Positions 36,401 to 47,813 of a stretch of DNA of 54,466 nucleotides are shown piece by piece. The notes beneath the pieces are model-generated. The model was not told where the DNA came from. It did not search any database and saw nothing but the letters and a program-made list of their open reading frames with translations. The DNA comes from Phoronis australis. Taxonomy: Eukaryota; Animalia; Phoronida. The DNA lies in contig NMRA01000265.1 of the NCBI GenBank assembly GCA_002633005.1, positions 246,761 through 301,226 of the forward strand, read 5' to 3'. The first letter of the stretch is position 1, and every line of letters begins with the position of its first letter. The translations under genes were made by a program, and so were the position numbers.

Positions 36401-39400
36401 AATGGCCACTAGGTGGCGCAAACTACGTCGAATCCATCTGAAAACAGTAGGATAGCGTCATCTCACTAATAGGTGCCTACATACCAAATTTCATGAAAAT
36501 CCGTTCAATACTTTTGAAGATACAAAGGTAAGCGTAAAAAACTAAAATTGCCACTAGGGGGCACACCGGTAGTCGGATCCGACCAAAAGTCGTCATCTTC
36601 CGTTGTTAACATCATATAAATATACTTACACAATTTGTAAAGATCCTGCGAACGGTTTAGGAGATACAGCCATAGGCGCAAAAAAACAAAACTGCCACTA
36701 GGAGGCGCCACAGTAGTCGAAATCGTCGGAAAATCATCGTCAACCATCCTCTACATAGTAAGCATATACATGCCAATTTTCACAATCATCCTTTGAGCGG
36801 TTTGGTTGATAGAGGGGTGGACGCACAAAAACAGACTCGAAAACACTAAAAATGGCCACTAGGTGGCGCAAACTATGTCGAATCCATCTGAAAACGGGAG
36901 GATAGCGTCATCTCACTAATAGGTGCCTACATACCAAATTTCATGAAAATCCAATAAGGACTTGTGAAGATACAAAGGTAAGCGTAAAAAAATTAAAATT
37001 GCCACTAGGGGGCACACCGGTAGTCGGATCCGTCCAAAAGTCGTCATCTTCCGTTGTTAACATCATATAAATATACTTACACAATTTTGTAAAGATCCTG
37101 CGAACGGTTTAGGAGATACAGCCATAGGCGCAAAAAAACAAAACTGCCACTAGGAGGCGCCACAGTAGTCGAAATCGTCGGAAAATCATCGTCAACCGTC
37201 CTCTACATAGTAAGCACATACATGCCAATTTTCACAATCATCCTTCGAGCGGTTTGGTTGATAGAGGGGTGGAAGCACAAAAACAGACTCGAAAACAGTA
37301 AAAATGGCCACTAGGTGGCGCAAACTATGTCGAATCCATCCGAAAACGGCAGGATAGCGTCATCTCACTACTAGGTGCCTACATACCAAATTTCATGAAA
37401 ATCCGTTCAGGACTTTTGAAGATACAAAGGTAAGCGTAAAAAACTAAAATTGCCACTAGGGGGCACACCGGTAGTCGGATCCATCCGAAAGTTCGCACAT
37501 GCCGTCCCATTCATGAATGGAACATATGTGCCAAATTTCATGAATGTATGTCAAAGGGTTTTGGAGATAGAGCAGCGGACGCCGGACGCCGGACGGACGC
37601 CGCCCGGACGGACGGACGGACAGAGATGACGGCATAATGCGTCCACATATAAATATGTGGGCGCATAAAAATGACGTTCTACCGTTATTCTGCTGTTAAA
37701 GTTGTGGATCGATCTTTAGTGACGGCTTCGGCGCCATGAAATATTGCGTCACCTATTGGCCAGTTTCTTTTTTCGCCGATTCTTCGATCAACTCATTCTT
37801 TCACAAGGTTGCGTACATGTCACAAATTATCGGAACTGGCTTCACTTCATTACAAGTTTTTAGAATTTTGATATCGAAAAACCGAATTTCAGAAGAAATT
37901 TTGCTGCTGCTAAGCTATAATCATCTCCCAACAGATGTCACAAAAATTTATTAAATGGCGCGTGACACGAGCGTACTGTTTTTGAAACGATGACCTACTT
38001 TTCACTGTTAGAAAAGGCAGAGAGTTACGCAAGAAAATGACGTTTATTGCATTGTTTTTCACTTAATGGCTCTAACGGGCAAGGTGAGTGTCGGTTGTAT
38101 CCCAGATTTTGAATGCACTCCGTCCAGTCTTTAGCTTTACATGTTGATAGAAGTTTCACGGTGAGGTGACGAGCAGAACTACTCTGGATGTGTGCAATTT
38201 CCGGTCTACGGAAGAAATACACACAGCCACAGGGGTACTTAGCTGTACTTTGACGAGTCTTCATACAGCTACAGTCAAGTGACCTAATTATCGGACGTTT
38301 TGGCACATTTTGCATTATATTTAATTGAAAATACTACGGATTGTTGTAAATTCTTTGCTGAAATAAAGATTTACCTTCACGGAATTGTTCTGTTACTATA
38401 TCTTGTCACTGAAAGCCACATTTATGTTCCGACTGATCTTCAAAAATCCCAATAACCAAACCTTCGGAGAACCTAAATATCGGACACCATGATTCTCCAT
38501 ACGCCACACCGCGGAAAACTGACTAACCGTGTAATGGCCGCGGACACCTTGTCGCCAAATTTCAGCTCGAGTGTTTTGGCATATATGCTGCTAGAACCCA
38601 AGTCCATTCGCAGATAAAATGAAATCTGATGATGGCGCCAAGTCGTTTCGATGAATTAGTGCAGACGACTGAAGCACGTGCAAACTCACTGCAGTTTTTA
38701 GTATCACTTAGGCTTCTTGATATGACACCCGCACGTGCGCAGTCGGGATTTGACTTGAGTTTAAAAACAAACGAAAAAATGGAACAATGGCATATTGTCA
38801 GTTCAATGAGATGGTGTCATTGTGGAAAAAGATTTTATTTTCAACTTTTATAACCGATTTATGCGATCGTCCATTTTAGGCCGACTTGGGGGTCTAAATT
38901 GCACCCTCTCTCGGTGAAATCAAAACGAGGCAACGCTGTAAAAAACGAGACGGTGCCGGACATTGAACGCATTACAACGGAACAAAAATTGGTGTCATTT
39001 AATTCTCAGATTATGCTTCAAGTAAGATTCTATGAAATGTCCGATATTTAGGTTCCATCCGATAATTAGGTACACTATGTGTAGCTGGCTGGCTAGAAAC
39101 AACGTGACTTTGATGTTTTAATCAGTGCGAGGCATAATTCGCTGATAAGCTTCCAGCGTATGAAGGGTTATAGGAGCTTCACCGTCTAGTCCAGCTAAGA
39201 CAGTGGTCACTGTCCAGTCGTCGAGACTCAAATCTCAATCAATCAGAATTGGAATTTCATAATCGAGAATAGACTGCCAATTTCAAGCCACCGAAAGTCA
39301 AACAAAGGACATATGTGTACACTTGATGAATCAATTAGTGACATCAACCCAAATTACTTACTGAAGCTTACTGCTGAAAGACAGAAAAATGCAAAAACGA

Positions 39401-39410
39401 TACTTTTCAT
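28852..39410 (-). CDS. Ly6/uPAR (three-finger) GPI-anchored protein, gene B (158 aa, 3 exons)
   Basis: Exons 39410-39362 (MKSIVFAFFCLSAVSF, donor gtaagt), 33811-33605 (SAADTDSKTDVLRCFSCSTVVNATDYHPNCGDESGDVDSVPKVTCRPEENACFKYVTVQTKVIGGENVA, acceptor tcttgccag, donor gtgagt) and 29072-28852 (TYNITSRLCGAVKP...DCEY...KCKCGSDLCNTSEYIRASVVSLAIATVASVCAALLL*, acceptor tttttcag). 49+207+221=477 nt, phase-1 introns, 10 LU Cys. Exon 1 is the least certain part. Confidence 0.88.
32075..32670 (+). mobile_element. Interspersed repeat family; other copies at ~35565-35691 plus 37670-38275 (split by the HINE) and ~46500-46795 (inverted)
   Basis: Shared blocks tcttccttgagt..aaattattta, tcacctattggcca, tcattacaagtttt..aatttcagaa, taacgggcaaggtga and agtcttcatacagcta. 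Confidence 0.7.
34855..35515. mobile_element. MITE-like element with ~150-bp imperfect inverted arms
   Basis: aaaagtctagatgccaggtcccaattcaatcct..tacaaaaatgatcacaca (34857-34917) is the reverse complement of tgtgtgatcatttttgta..ggattgaatagggaccaggcaactagacttt (35452-35512). Confidence 0.65.
35692..37669 (+). mobile_element. Non-autonomous Helentron-associated (HINE/pearl-like) element with 451-bp tandem repeats, in intron 1 of gene B
   Basis: 5' aacaagagc. Sub-TIR atgcgcccaca (35717) / tgtgggcgcat (37656). Units of 450-451 bp (anchors 36094, 36544, 36995, 37446). (GGAC)n microsatellite at 37577-37621 and 3' palindrome atgcgtccacatat-aa-atatgtgggcgcat. Inserted in an A-run. Confidence 0.85.
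38465..39061. mobile_element. MITE-like element with 18-bp perfect inverted repeats
   Basis: gaacctaaatatcggaca (38469-38486) / tgtccgatatttaggttc (39038-39055). Confidence 0.65.
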
Positions 39411-42400
39411 GATTATCACCTAACACAGCTAAAATGCGCAGCGAAAACGAGGCCCGTCCTTGATGTGCTCAGGCAATACCAATATTATGAGACAGCTGTG
39501 GCTGAACCAGTTCAGAGTGCAGACGGTTTGGCTTCAGCCAATATAGATACATCTGCTCACTGTATTCTATATGGGCTTACCTCATCGCAGGCTTGTCAAA
39601 GTTTTGAACGTACGAGTTTGCAATATCTAGCAAGATACAAAGATAACCGATATCAAATGCCTTTGGCAAGTTTCAGTGGCACGAATTTGCTTAGCCGGTT
39701 AATCGATGAAAGCCCGCCGCCGGGGCCGGGCCGGGAATTTTGCGCGCGGTGTTAAAAGTCTAAGACTTCAAAGGATACCAACGGTTTTGGCCTGTTTCCA
39801 GGCATTAACGACAACGTTCCGATCTAGCAGTTCTCTGAAACAAAAAATACCCAGAAGGCTAACTTTTGACACCCTCAAATGTTTTGAGAAAAATTCTGCC
39901 AGTTCCGCTGTCGGTGCCAACCGTCCGCCGGAGTCAGCCCGGCAGTGCTTTATGTATGCAACACCTCAAGGGAAATATCCTACCTGTGACAAACGAAGCC
40001 GAGTTTTTATTTGAAATCTGCATTTATCACTCAAGTGGGACACCAATGATGCATTGAAGCAGCTGGTGTGACTGCCGGACGCCGTGCCATGGGCACTGAA
40101 ATCCACTTTGCGCCGCTAATGATTCCCGTTCACCAGTGACTGGCGCGCCATAGGAGCTAGGCTATACCCCCCCCCCCCCCCCCCCNTTAGTGCTACGCCG
40201 CACACGTGGTCTATAGGCGGTGCGCCTCAGGGGGCTGCCGGCGGGGCTTTCAGATGTAGATAGTCACAGGCCGTGGTTCTGTACTGCTGGCAGGTAGGGC
40301 TTCACTACTGCCGCATTCAAGTTTCGATAGTGTCATGTAAGGCAGTCTACATAACTTATCTCACGCGTTTGGAAGCGTTTTCGAAAATTCCCCGCTGCAG
40401 AAGTGGCACATATTTTGTGAAAGAAGATTTTTATGTACTCAATTGAAGAAAAGGTGAGCTGCCCTCAGTCTTCAGCCAACACGACCACAAGCTACGAAGT
40501 GGCAAGGCCTCGGCGCTTTATACGTGTTGTAGATTCATTTAAAAGCTCCAACGTATCAAGTTGAGGTGAAACAACTAATAATGTGTTAACTGCTGCAGCT
40601 ACGGGGACACAACGGGTTCTTGCTCCTTAGAGTTGATTGTCAAAAGCCCTCCCAAGTCGAAAATCGCTTCAGTTTTTCGTTTGCCCTCCTCCCCAAGACG
40701 CCGGAGTGGCCCTACGAGTTGACACTCAATTAAGACTTCCCTTGTAAAGTATTGTCATGGCTAATGCACACGATACATGTCAACAAAATAATACAGACGA
40801 TTTAAATTAACCGTTAGAAGGAACACGAGACTTGGAGAACATTGCTGTGGCGGATTTAGAGGGCTCAGGCCCCACTTCTTCCTTTGGTCGTCAACATATA
40901 GTAAAAATGACAAGGGAATGAGTTTTGGAATTTATTGTGCTGCTGTTGAATTGTGGGCGCGTACCTTTTTGTGCGTTTGCATGTGGGGACAGACCATATC
41001 GGAAAATGAAAAGGGTTAGACTTTAGCTTCCTCATGATATCCTAAATCTGTCACTGCATCGGGTTGGGGGAAAACCCTGGCAGACTAGAAAACATAGCGA
41101 CAGAGGACATCGCAACGGGTATCCGGATGGCGGAATATCGTCCGATTGAGAAGATGTAGAATGGGAGATATAGGGACAACGTCCGTTTTGGTTTACTGTT
41201 AACGCGGTGTTATAAATTTTAGTTTAGAAAGCAACATTTTCCTTAAAATAAAGTCAACTCAACATTTTAAATTTAGATGATGTTCATTGCGGGTGTCAGT
41301 CAAAACCACAAAAAGTGTCAATTTTAAAACTAATAATATGACTCAATTTAATTTGAAGTTTTAGGGCTAGTGTTCACAGTTTCTGACCTGAAATAAAAGT
41401 TCTGTAGATCTTGTTTAATATAAATCGTGTAAATGATATTTTGAAAAAGAAACGCCGTGGATTCTAATTACACCAACTGAAAAGATTGTCAGTTTGGTTA
41501 TACATTGTTGTACAAAAATATTTGTAATAGTAGTTCCAAACGTCAACACCAGTTGATGATCATAAATTCTGAAATTTGCATTTTAATGTGAATAAATAAA
41601 ATGTGTATATCATGTGTCATGACTTAATACAACCTCTGGGAATATTGGCTACAGTTTCACCCCTTATGGACATTTAACTCCATTGCTTCCAGGTAAACTT
41701 GCATCAGTGAGTCTTCACTTCTCTTCAACATTTTATATCAATTTAAAATGCTTTGTTTTTATCATTGTTGAGTTTTCAGGTAATGTATAGGTGTAGTTTG
41801 TGACACTTTCTGCTTCACTAGATGCATTTTAAGCCACGCCTCCTTTCCAGAGAATACTGTACAGAAGAAAATGCTGTTTTAATTATAAAAACTTACATGA
41901 AATTGCCCAGTTAGTATGAGAAAAATAGAGAACTTTTGGTACATCTGTACATTTCAAAAGCGTGGTATGTAATTTGGCCGAAGCCTTCAGGTGCCTTCAG
42001 GGACCATGGAATTGTTTTGACTTGAATGTGGTCTCTGTCTTACAGCTCCACACCATCATAAAAACTTGATTTCCACCTCCAGATATATATGTACTATCAA
42101 GGGCATAAGAGTGCAGAAAACCTCACTTTTAAAGGAGTTGACTATTCCGTCCACAAAATGCCGCTTGTTGAGACTCAACGGGTAAGTGATCCCTACATTA
42201 AGAAACTAAATTTATCTCCCCGAAATGCAAATGAAAATTTTGTGTGAGCTAATTTCATGATTTAAACGTTAAGTCTCAAAATGAAACAAAATGTGCCTTT
42301 AAAGTTTCAAATTAAATCCACGTTTCTGAAAACTCCTGTAAACCACCTAATTTGTGACTCTAGTTTTGAGTGCTCTTCCTCAAAACTTCTTCACTTAACT

Positions 42401-43070
42401 TCGAACAAAAATCCCTATAAATCAACTCTTCGGGAAAATTGTGTTCATTTTCGTAAATTCTTGGAAATTAGGGAGCACACGCACTTCTTCAATATTTTAT
42501 TTCATGCACGAATGATTTCAACATAAACTTTATACTAAAAAGATTCAGTCCGTCCTCAATATGTGTAGGCCTACACGTGTATGACGAGCATGGCTGAGGT
42601 AACAACACGTCAACAGCCGTGTTTTATGACGTACTGTAGGTGTGTGAAAAAGTGTACAAATCAGCTATTACGGACCATGCCTTACAAAACAATCAATGTT
42701 TCTACAATTGACAATGACAATTATTTTTAAATGGATCAGAGAATCTATTTGCATCAAAACGATGGCTAGTATATGGATGAACAGAGACGTAGGGCAACTT
42801 CAAGTCGTACAGACTACAACGCATTTCTTAGAAGTAGCCACAAGTCAAGCTACGCCTGCTCCGATCGTGACGTTTGGAAACTCGACACATATCAGTTAGA
42901 AAATGATGAACACCGAACCATGGTGGTCAAAAACGTTATCAAAGAAACAACATCATCGTCTAAGTCCAAACAATTTTGCTTTTCTACATTAAGCAATTTT
43001 CAATGACAGGTTACAAGTACAGTATAACAGTATAACAGACAACTAATGCGATCACTTCATTAATTAAAGC

Positions 43071-43327
43071 CATGCGCGCACCCAGCCTTCAACACGGGGG
43101 GCACGAATTTCTGACGTCGTGGACTTTTTGGTAAAAACAGAGCGGGAGGACTCAAAAAAAAAAGAAAAAGAAGGGAGCACCTCTGTGAAATGCGCGTTTG
43201 CGCTTATTTAGACTTTTGTCCTATTTTGTCCGTCTTTTTGTTTCCTGGAAGCGGACCTTTTTGCCCACTTCGCCAAATGGGGTGGCGGCTCGTTCGAGCC
43301 CCCCGAGGCCCCCTGGGTGCGCGCTTG
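43071..43327. mobile_element. MITE, TIR catgcgcgcacccag, 5-bp TSD aaagc
   Basis: aaagc|catgcgcgcacccag...ctgggtgcgcgcttg|aaagc. Same family as 47567-47813. Confidence 0.8.
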
Positions 43328-43468
43328 AAAGCGGAAATGTACCATCAAAGAACCATTTTAATTTGTCTTATTTAATTTAGAACGCTTAAGGATACAAAAC
43401 CTTTCCCAATTTGTCCCCGGTTCTGTTAAGGATAATATGTAGAACCTTACAGATACACTGTAAGTCTC

Positions 43469-43620
43469 CAATGCTGTAGTGGGGCGTAGGTGCACGTAGG
43501 CGCAGCCAACCACCTTTTGGCATTTGAACGTAGCGCCTATGCACCGTAAGTTACGTTCAATGCTCGAGGTGATCCGGTGGGCTTTGGGCGTCTACTTCTA
43601 ATTTTACCACTACAGCACTG
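43469..43620. mobile_element. hAT-type MITE, 152 bp, 8-bp TSD
   Basis: taagtctc|caatgctgtagtgg...ccactacagcactg|taagtctc. Confidence 0.8.
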
Positions 43621-44278
43621 TAAGTCTCTATATTCAACAAAATATCTGCAAAGGTAGAGAATTTGACTCTGGAATGATAACACCATTTTCTGAAAGCAGA
43701 AAGTCTGTAGAATTTTTTGCTTTATATCAAGCTGCGTCAATTTGTTCAAGTGACTTTTTAGTAATAGACAACAAAAAACAAAGATACAACCATAGCACAA
43801 CGACGGTATCAACAACATGTCCAAATATCATTTGGTATAAAATGTTCAAGGTGAAATCTCAAAAAACGATGTCATATTTTTCTAAAATTCCTTTTCTTTT
43901 ATTAACGAAGACTTTTTCATAAAATCATACCTATTGTGATGGCCCTTTAAGCAAAAGTGGATCAATTAACGTAACCGTATGAGATTTCTGAGTTTGAAAA
44001 AACGCGACAGTTCGTCATTAGATGAGACCGTAGTCGGCGTATAAATAACCCACCGCGACTAGATAATTACCTGGTGAGTTGGACTCGAGCTATGGTAACG
44101 AATCAGTTCTTCTCTATACCTGAAACCGTCTCTATTCCGAAGGGGTAACAACACAAATCGCGATCAGTTTTATACCGGTAAGTAGCCTTAATCAAAAGTT
44201 AGTTTTTCCTAAGGGGGACTTGTACAGCATGCCTATCAGCATAACCCGTAGCACAAGTTGAGTTATTTCCACGGTAAA

Positions 44279-44818
44279 CTACATATTTACTGCTGTTATT
44301 GCAACTAATAACACCATCGGCGAAACAGCTGGGTAAAAGCTGGCGCTGTCGTTACACAAGTCCGAGAAACACCAGCATATTTCTGACGAGTAACCAATTA
44401 GAGGCAATTCCTGGCAGCCATCTTCGCGATTGCCAACGCTGTGCTCTGGCCTCTTCGCTCGGTCGCCTTTTTTGATGCAAGATTTCACGACTATGTTCAT
44501 GACTAGAAATGCACAAGAAATTGTTTAAACAAGATTTGCCCTGCACAATGCACAGCATTGAGTTAAAAAAATGTCAGTAACAGAGAGGTTAAGATTGGAA
44601 GATATAACCCCGCTTTTTACGCCAAGAACACAAGGCAGTTGTCCTGACAATGTTCAAAGAAAGATGAAGAAAGCTCTAATTAATCGGCATGCTCACGATG
44701 TTTTTGCTTTTGTTCATAGGGCGCATGGCTGACCGCCCACCGCCCAGAATACGCGTGCATGGATTCCTAGTGCAGTCGTTTATAGAAGCAAACCACTGAT
44801 GGTTGCATCAACCATTCA

Positions 44819-44851
<33 letters not shown>

Positions 44852-46127
44852 GTACGCATGCACGCACGCATACACGCATATACATATACATTACATAAGC
44901 GAACACTTATCCCACTAATACAACAAAATGTCCCCCCGTTCCCATACGTGAAACCAGGAAGAGATAACCAGTCCTGGTGAAACCCATAAGAACGGCGTGT
45001 CGACGGCGTTTTTGATCAGATACGAAGATACCTGTGCCCGATTACATGAAACAGTCCCGAATAGGGACTCAACCATGTTCCCTAAATCTACAGGGTATTT
45101 GTGGGCTCATGAAAACACTGATTATCCTTTCTTATGCTGTTTGAGTCTCATTACTCATTGATACAAATGGAGAGTGATTTCTACATTGAATTCTCAATAT
45201 TATTGAAAATAAGTAGGTATCTTTCCATGCAACGCCCTTAATTTAAGAATTATTATTGGCTCAGTTTTTAGTTATATTACTTAAAAATGTCGTAAGTCAA
45301 AGGGGAGCTCAAATGGTGGAAAAAAATTACTTCTGCGAGTAAAGAACGAAACAAATACGCAAAATTTAGGGAACTTAGTCGAGTCTATATTAGGGACTGT
45401 TTCAGGGCAACCGGGCACTGGGGCCTATTTCAAGAAAACTAACTTAGCTGAGACAAATTCTAAATTTCAGTCAATTTTAGGGACTGTTTCAGGGCAACCG
45501 GGCACTGGGGCCTGTTTCAAGAAAACTAACTTAGCTAAGACAAATTTTAAATTTCAGTCAATTTTAAGATTAAACTTAAACTTGTTTCAAACCGTTTCAA
45601 ACACTAGATCTTAAGTTTAACTTAAGTTGTTGACTTAAGTATTGTCTTTAGTTAATGTTGACCAACTTACCGGATGTGGACGTTTCACAGTTTGGAAGTT
45701 GAATCAATTCTTAAACACAAATCAAAAATGAACTTAAGTAAGTTTCTTGGAAGAGGCCGCTGGTTCCTAAATTTGAATCCGCCTATCCCACTTACTCTTT
45801 CCGGACAATCGGTCAGGCACGTATCGAGCAACCGGTGCGTCCATTTTTGTTGTCGTCTTTAAGCACATGTCGCAGTTTGATTTCGCTTGATTTTCCTTTG
45901 GGATATCTTCGTCACAATCCATACAGTCTATACACCGAATGCCTGAAACGGGCAAGGTATTTTGATCAGCGAATTTGAGAGTGATGCAAGTAATAAAATA
46001 GGACTGAGTAACTAACTGTACATAAAGTCATTTTAATAGACTTTTTCATGTTGACGCTGCATGAATACACACCCTTTGCAACGGAGATGGAAAAGCTTGA
46101 AAGTAACAGAAACGTCGTAAGTTCCAT
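44279..46127 (-). CDS. Ly6/uPAR (three-finger) GPI-anchored protein, gene C (141 aa, 3 exons)
   Basis: Exons 46127-46073 (MELTTFLLLSSFSISVAK, donor gtgtgt), 45942-45796 (GIRCIDCMDCDEDIPKENQAKSNCDMCLKTTTKMDAPVARYVPDRLSGK, acceptor cgtttcag, donor gtaagt) and 44502-44279 (IMNIVVKSCIKK...GCQE...ICWCFSDLCNDSASFYPAVSPMVLLVAITAVNM*, acceptor atttctag). 55+147+224=426 nt, phase-1 introns, 10 Cys. Confidence 0.9.
44817..44890. repeat. (CA)n(CG)n alternating purine-pyrimidine microsatellite
   Basis: cacacacacacacacacacgcgcgcgcgcgcgcacgtacgcatgcacgcacgcatacacgcatatacatataca. Confidence 0.9.
45391..45760. repeat. ~87-bp direct duplication overlapping the left end of a MITE-like element, in gene C intron 2
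   Basis: tagggactgtttcagggcaaccgggcactggggcct.tttcaagaaaactaacttagct.agacaaatt.taaatttcagtcaatttt occurs twice; ggcctgtttcaagaaa / tttcttggaagaggcc form inverted ends. Confidence 0.7.
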
Positions 46128-47566
46128 GGTAAATGCCAATCGGTTATGGCCTAATCGAGATTCCTTCAAGTAGGCCTATTATCGTGAACCATTCACGTGC
46201 ATGTAACGCGACTCGTGCACGCTTCATCGGCGACCACGGTGGCAAATACACGAGACGAGTACTATACAAGATTTGGTCCAGCATCTCCTTCCCTGTTGAA
46301 AACATGAAGCCGGGACCTTGTTGCGAGCCGGAGTGCATGCAAAACCTGGGAGCCTACCCACACTTGCAGCGGTTTCAGAGCAATCTAATAAACGTCATTT
46401 TCCTACATAATTCTCAGCCTTGAATTGCAACAAAGAAGTCTATCATCGTTTCGCAAGCAGTACGCTCGTGACGCGCGCGTGCCATTTCTCATTTAATTTT
46501 TTTGCTTCATCTCTCATCGGCCGGGAGATGCAAAATTTTGTTCGGGAATTCGGTTTGCTTGTATTGAAATACTAAAAACTTATAACGAGATGAAACCAAA
46601 AGCCGATGCAAAATATCGCTCCACAACTTTTTAAAAGCACAATAACGGTAGAACGCCAGTTTTTTAACGCCAGTAAATACTTTAGTTTACTCAAGGAAGA
46701 TTGTAGTTTTGAATGAAACAAATTTTATGTTAGGTTTTATTTGGCCATTTTAGTCTACATCAACTTTTAGTGTACATCTTTGTACCAAGGCTAAGAAATA
46801 CCTGGAGCAAATAACATTTCATGGTTATTGCCCTTACGTTCGAAAAACGTACTTGCCTACCTTATAGGGACACACAGATGGCTTACATGTACACTGCGTT
46901 ACATGTCCACTATAGGTATGCCATAAGCAACTGGTTGAGTAATTTATCGTAAACAGCGACAAAGATAATCTTACGTACCGTAGTAGTAAAGCGAAATCGT
47001 AAATTTCTGTTTATGAGGAGTTGGAACTTTTTCCGAGGAACACGACACATTAGCCTACATGTACCTTGACGTAAAACCCGCTTGAGCTCAAAGGAACAGG
47101 CAATCAGAGCAGCTTATAGGGCCCAATACCCATTATAGTGCGCGACCAAAAAAGGAAAAAATAAGCCTGAGGAAACTCCACCGGCAAACTGTTTTTAGGA
47201 TTCATGAGATTATTTCACGTTTCAGTAGTTCCGCCAGCGAAACTTTAAAAAAAGTCGGAGCTATTGGGTTTTTGTTTTTATCCCATACGCGTTGCATCAG
47301 TAGAGGGAAATACGACCATGTAATAATATTTTCCGTATTCACCTCCCGCACTACTTCAATAGTGACCTCTGACATGGAAGGTTCAAAAGGTATATGACAT
47401 ACATGTAGGTTATTGTCGCCTCGACGTCGTTAGCCGGTTTGATCATCAAACTTTCTAAAAATATTTTAAAGTAATACAATTGCAGCAGTGTAAATAACAA
47501 TCAACACGCAATCAGGTCTCAATCCTAACATGTGGAACCGGACTGTTAATTATATGACATCATGTC

Positions 47567-47813
47567 TATGCGCGCACCCAGGGGGGCTCGGGGGCTCCCC
47601 CCTCCCATTCGAAGGTAAAAAGGCCCGTCTCAGAAAAACAAAAAGTCCGAGAAAACGAGACAAAAGTCCACTGAAAAGGCGCATACGCACAGTTCATTGA
47701 CCTGAAGGTAGTACCCCGTTTTTTTAGTCCTCCCGCTTTTTTGTTAGCAAAAGGTCCACTTTGTCAAAGATTCGAGCCCCCCTCCACCACATTAAAGGCT
47801 GTGTGCGCGCATG
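47567..47813. mobile_element. MITE, same family as 43071-43327, opposite orientation
   Basis: atgtc|tatgcgcgcacccag...ctgtgtgcgcgcatg|ctgtc. The internal gtggac.tttt..agcgggaggact block is shared in reverse. Confidence 0.75.

Noticed and set aside
34694-36747. ORFs of 60-128 aa in this interval
   Set aside because: They lie within MITE arms and HINE tandem repeats and show no protein motifs.
43990-45080. Possible SINE or tRNA-derived fragments
   Set aside because: No clear A/B boxes or cloverleaf could be identified.
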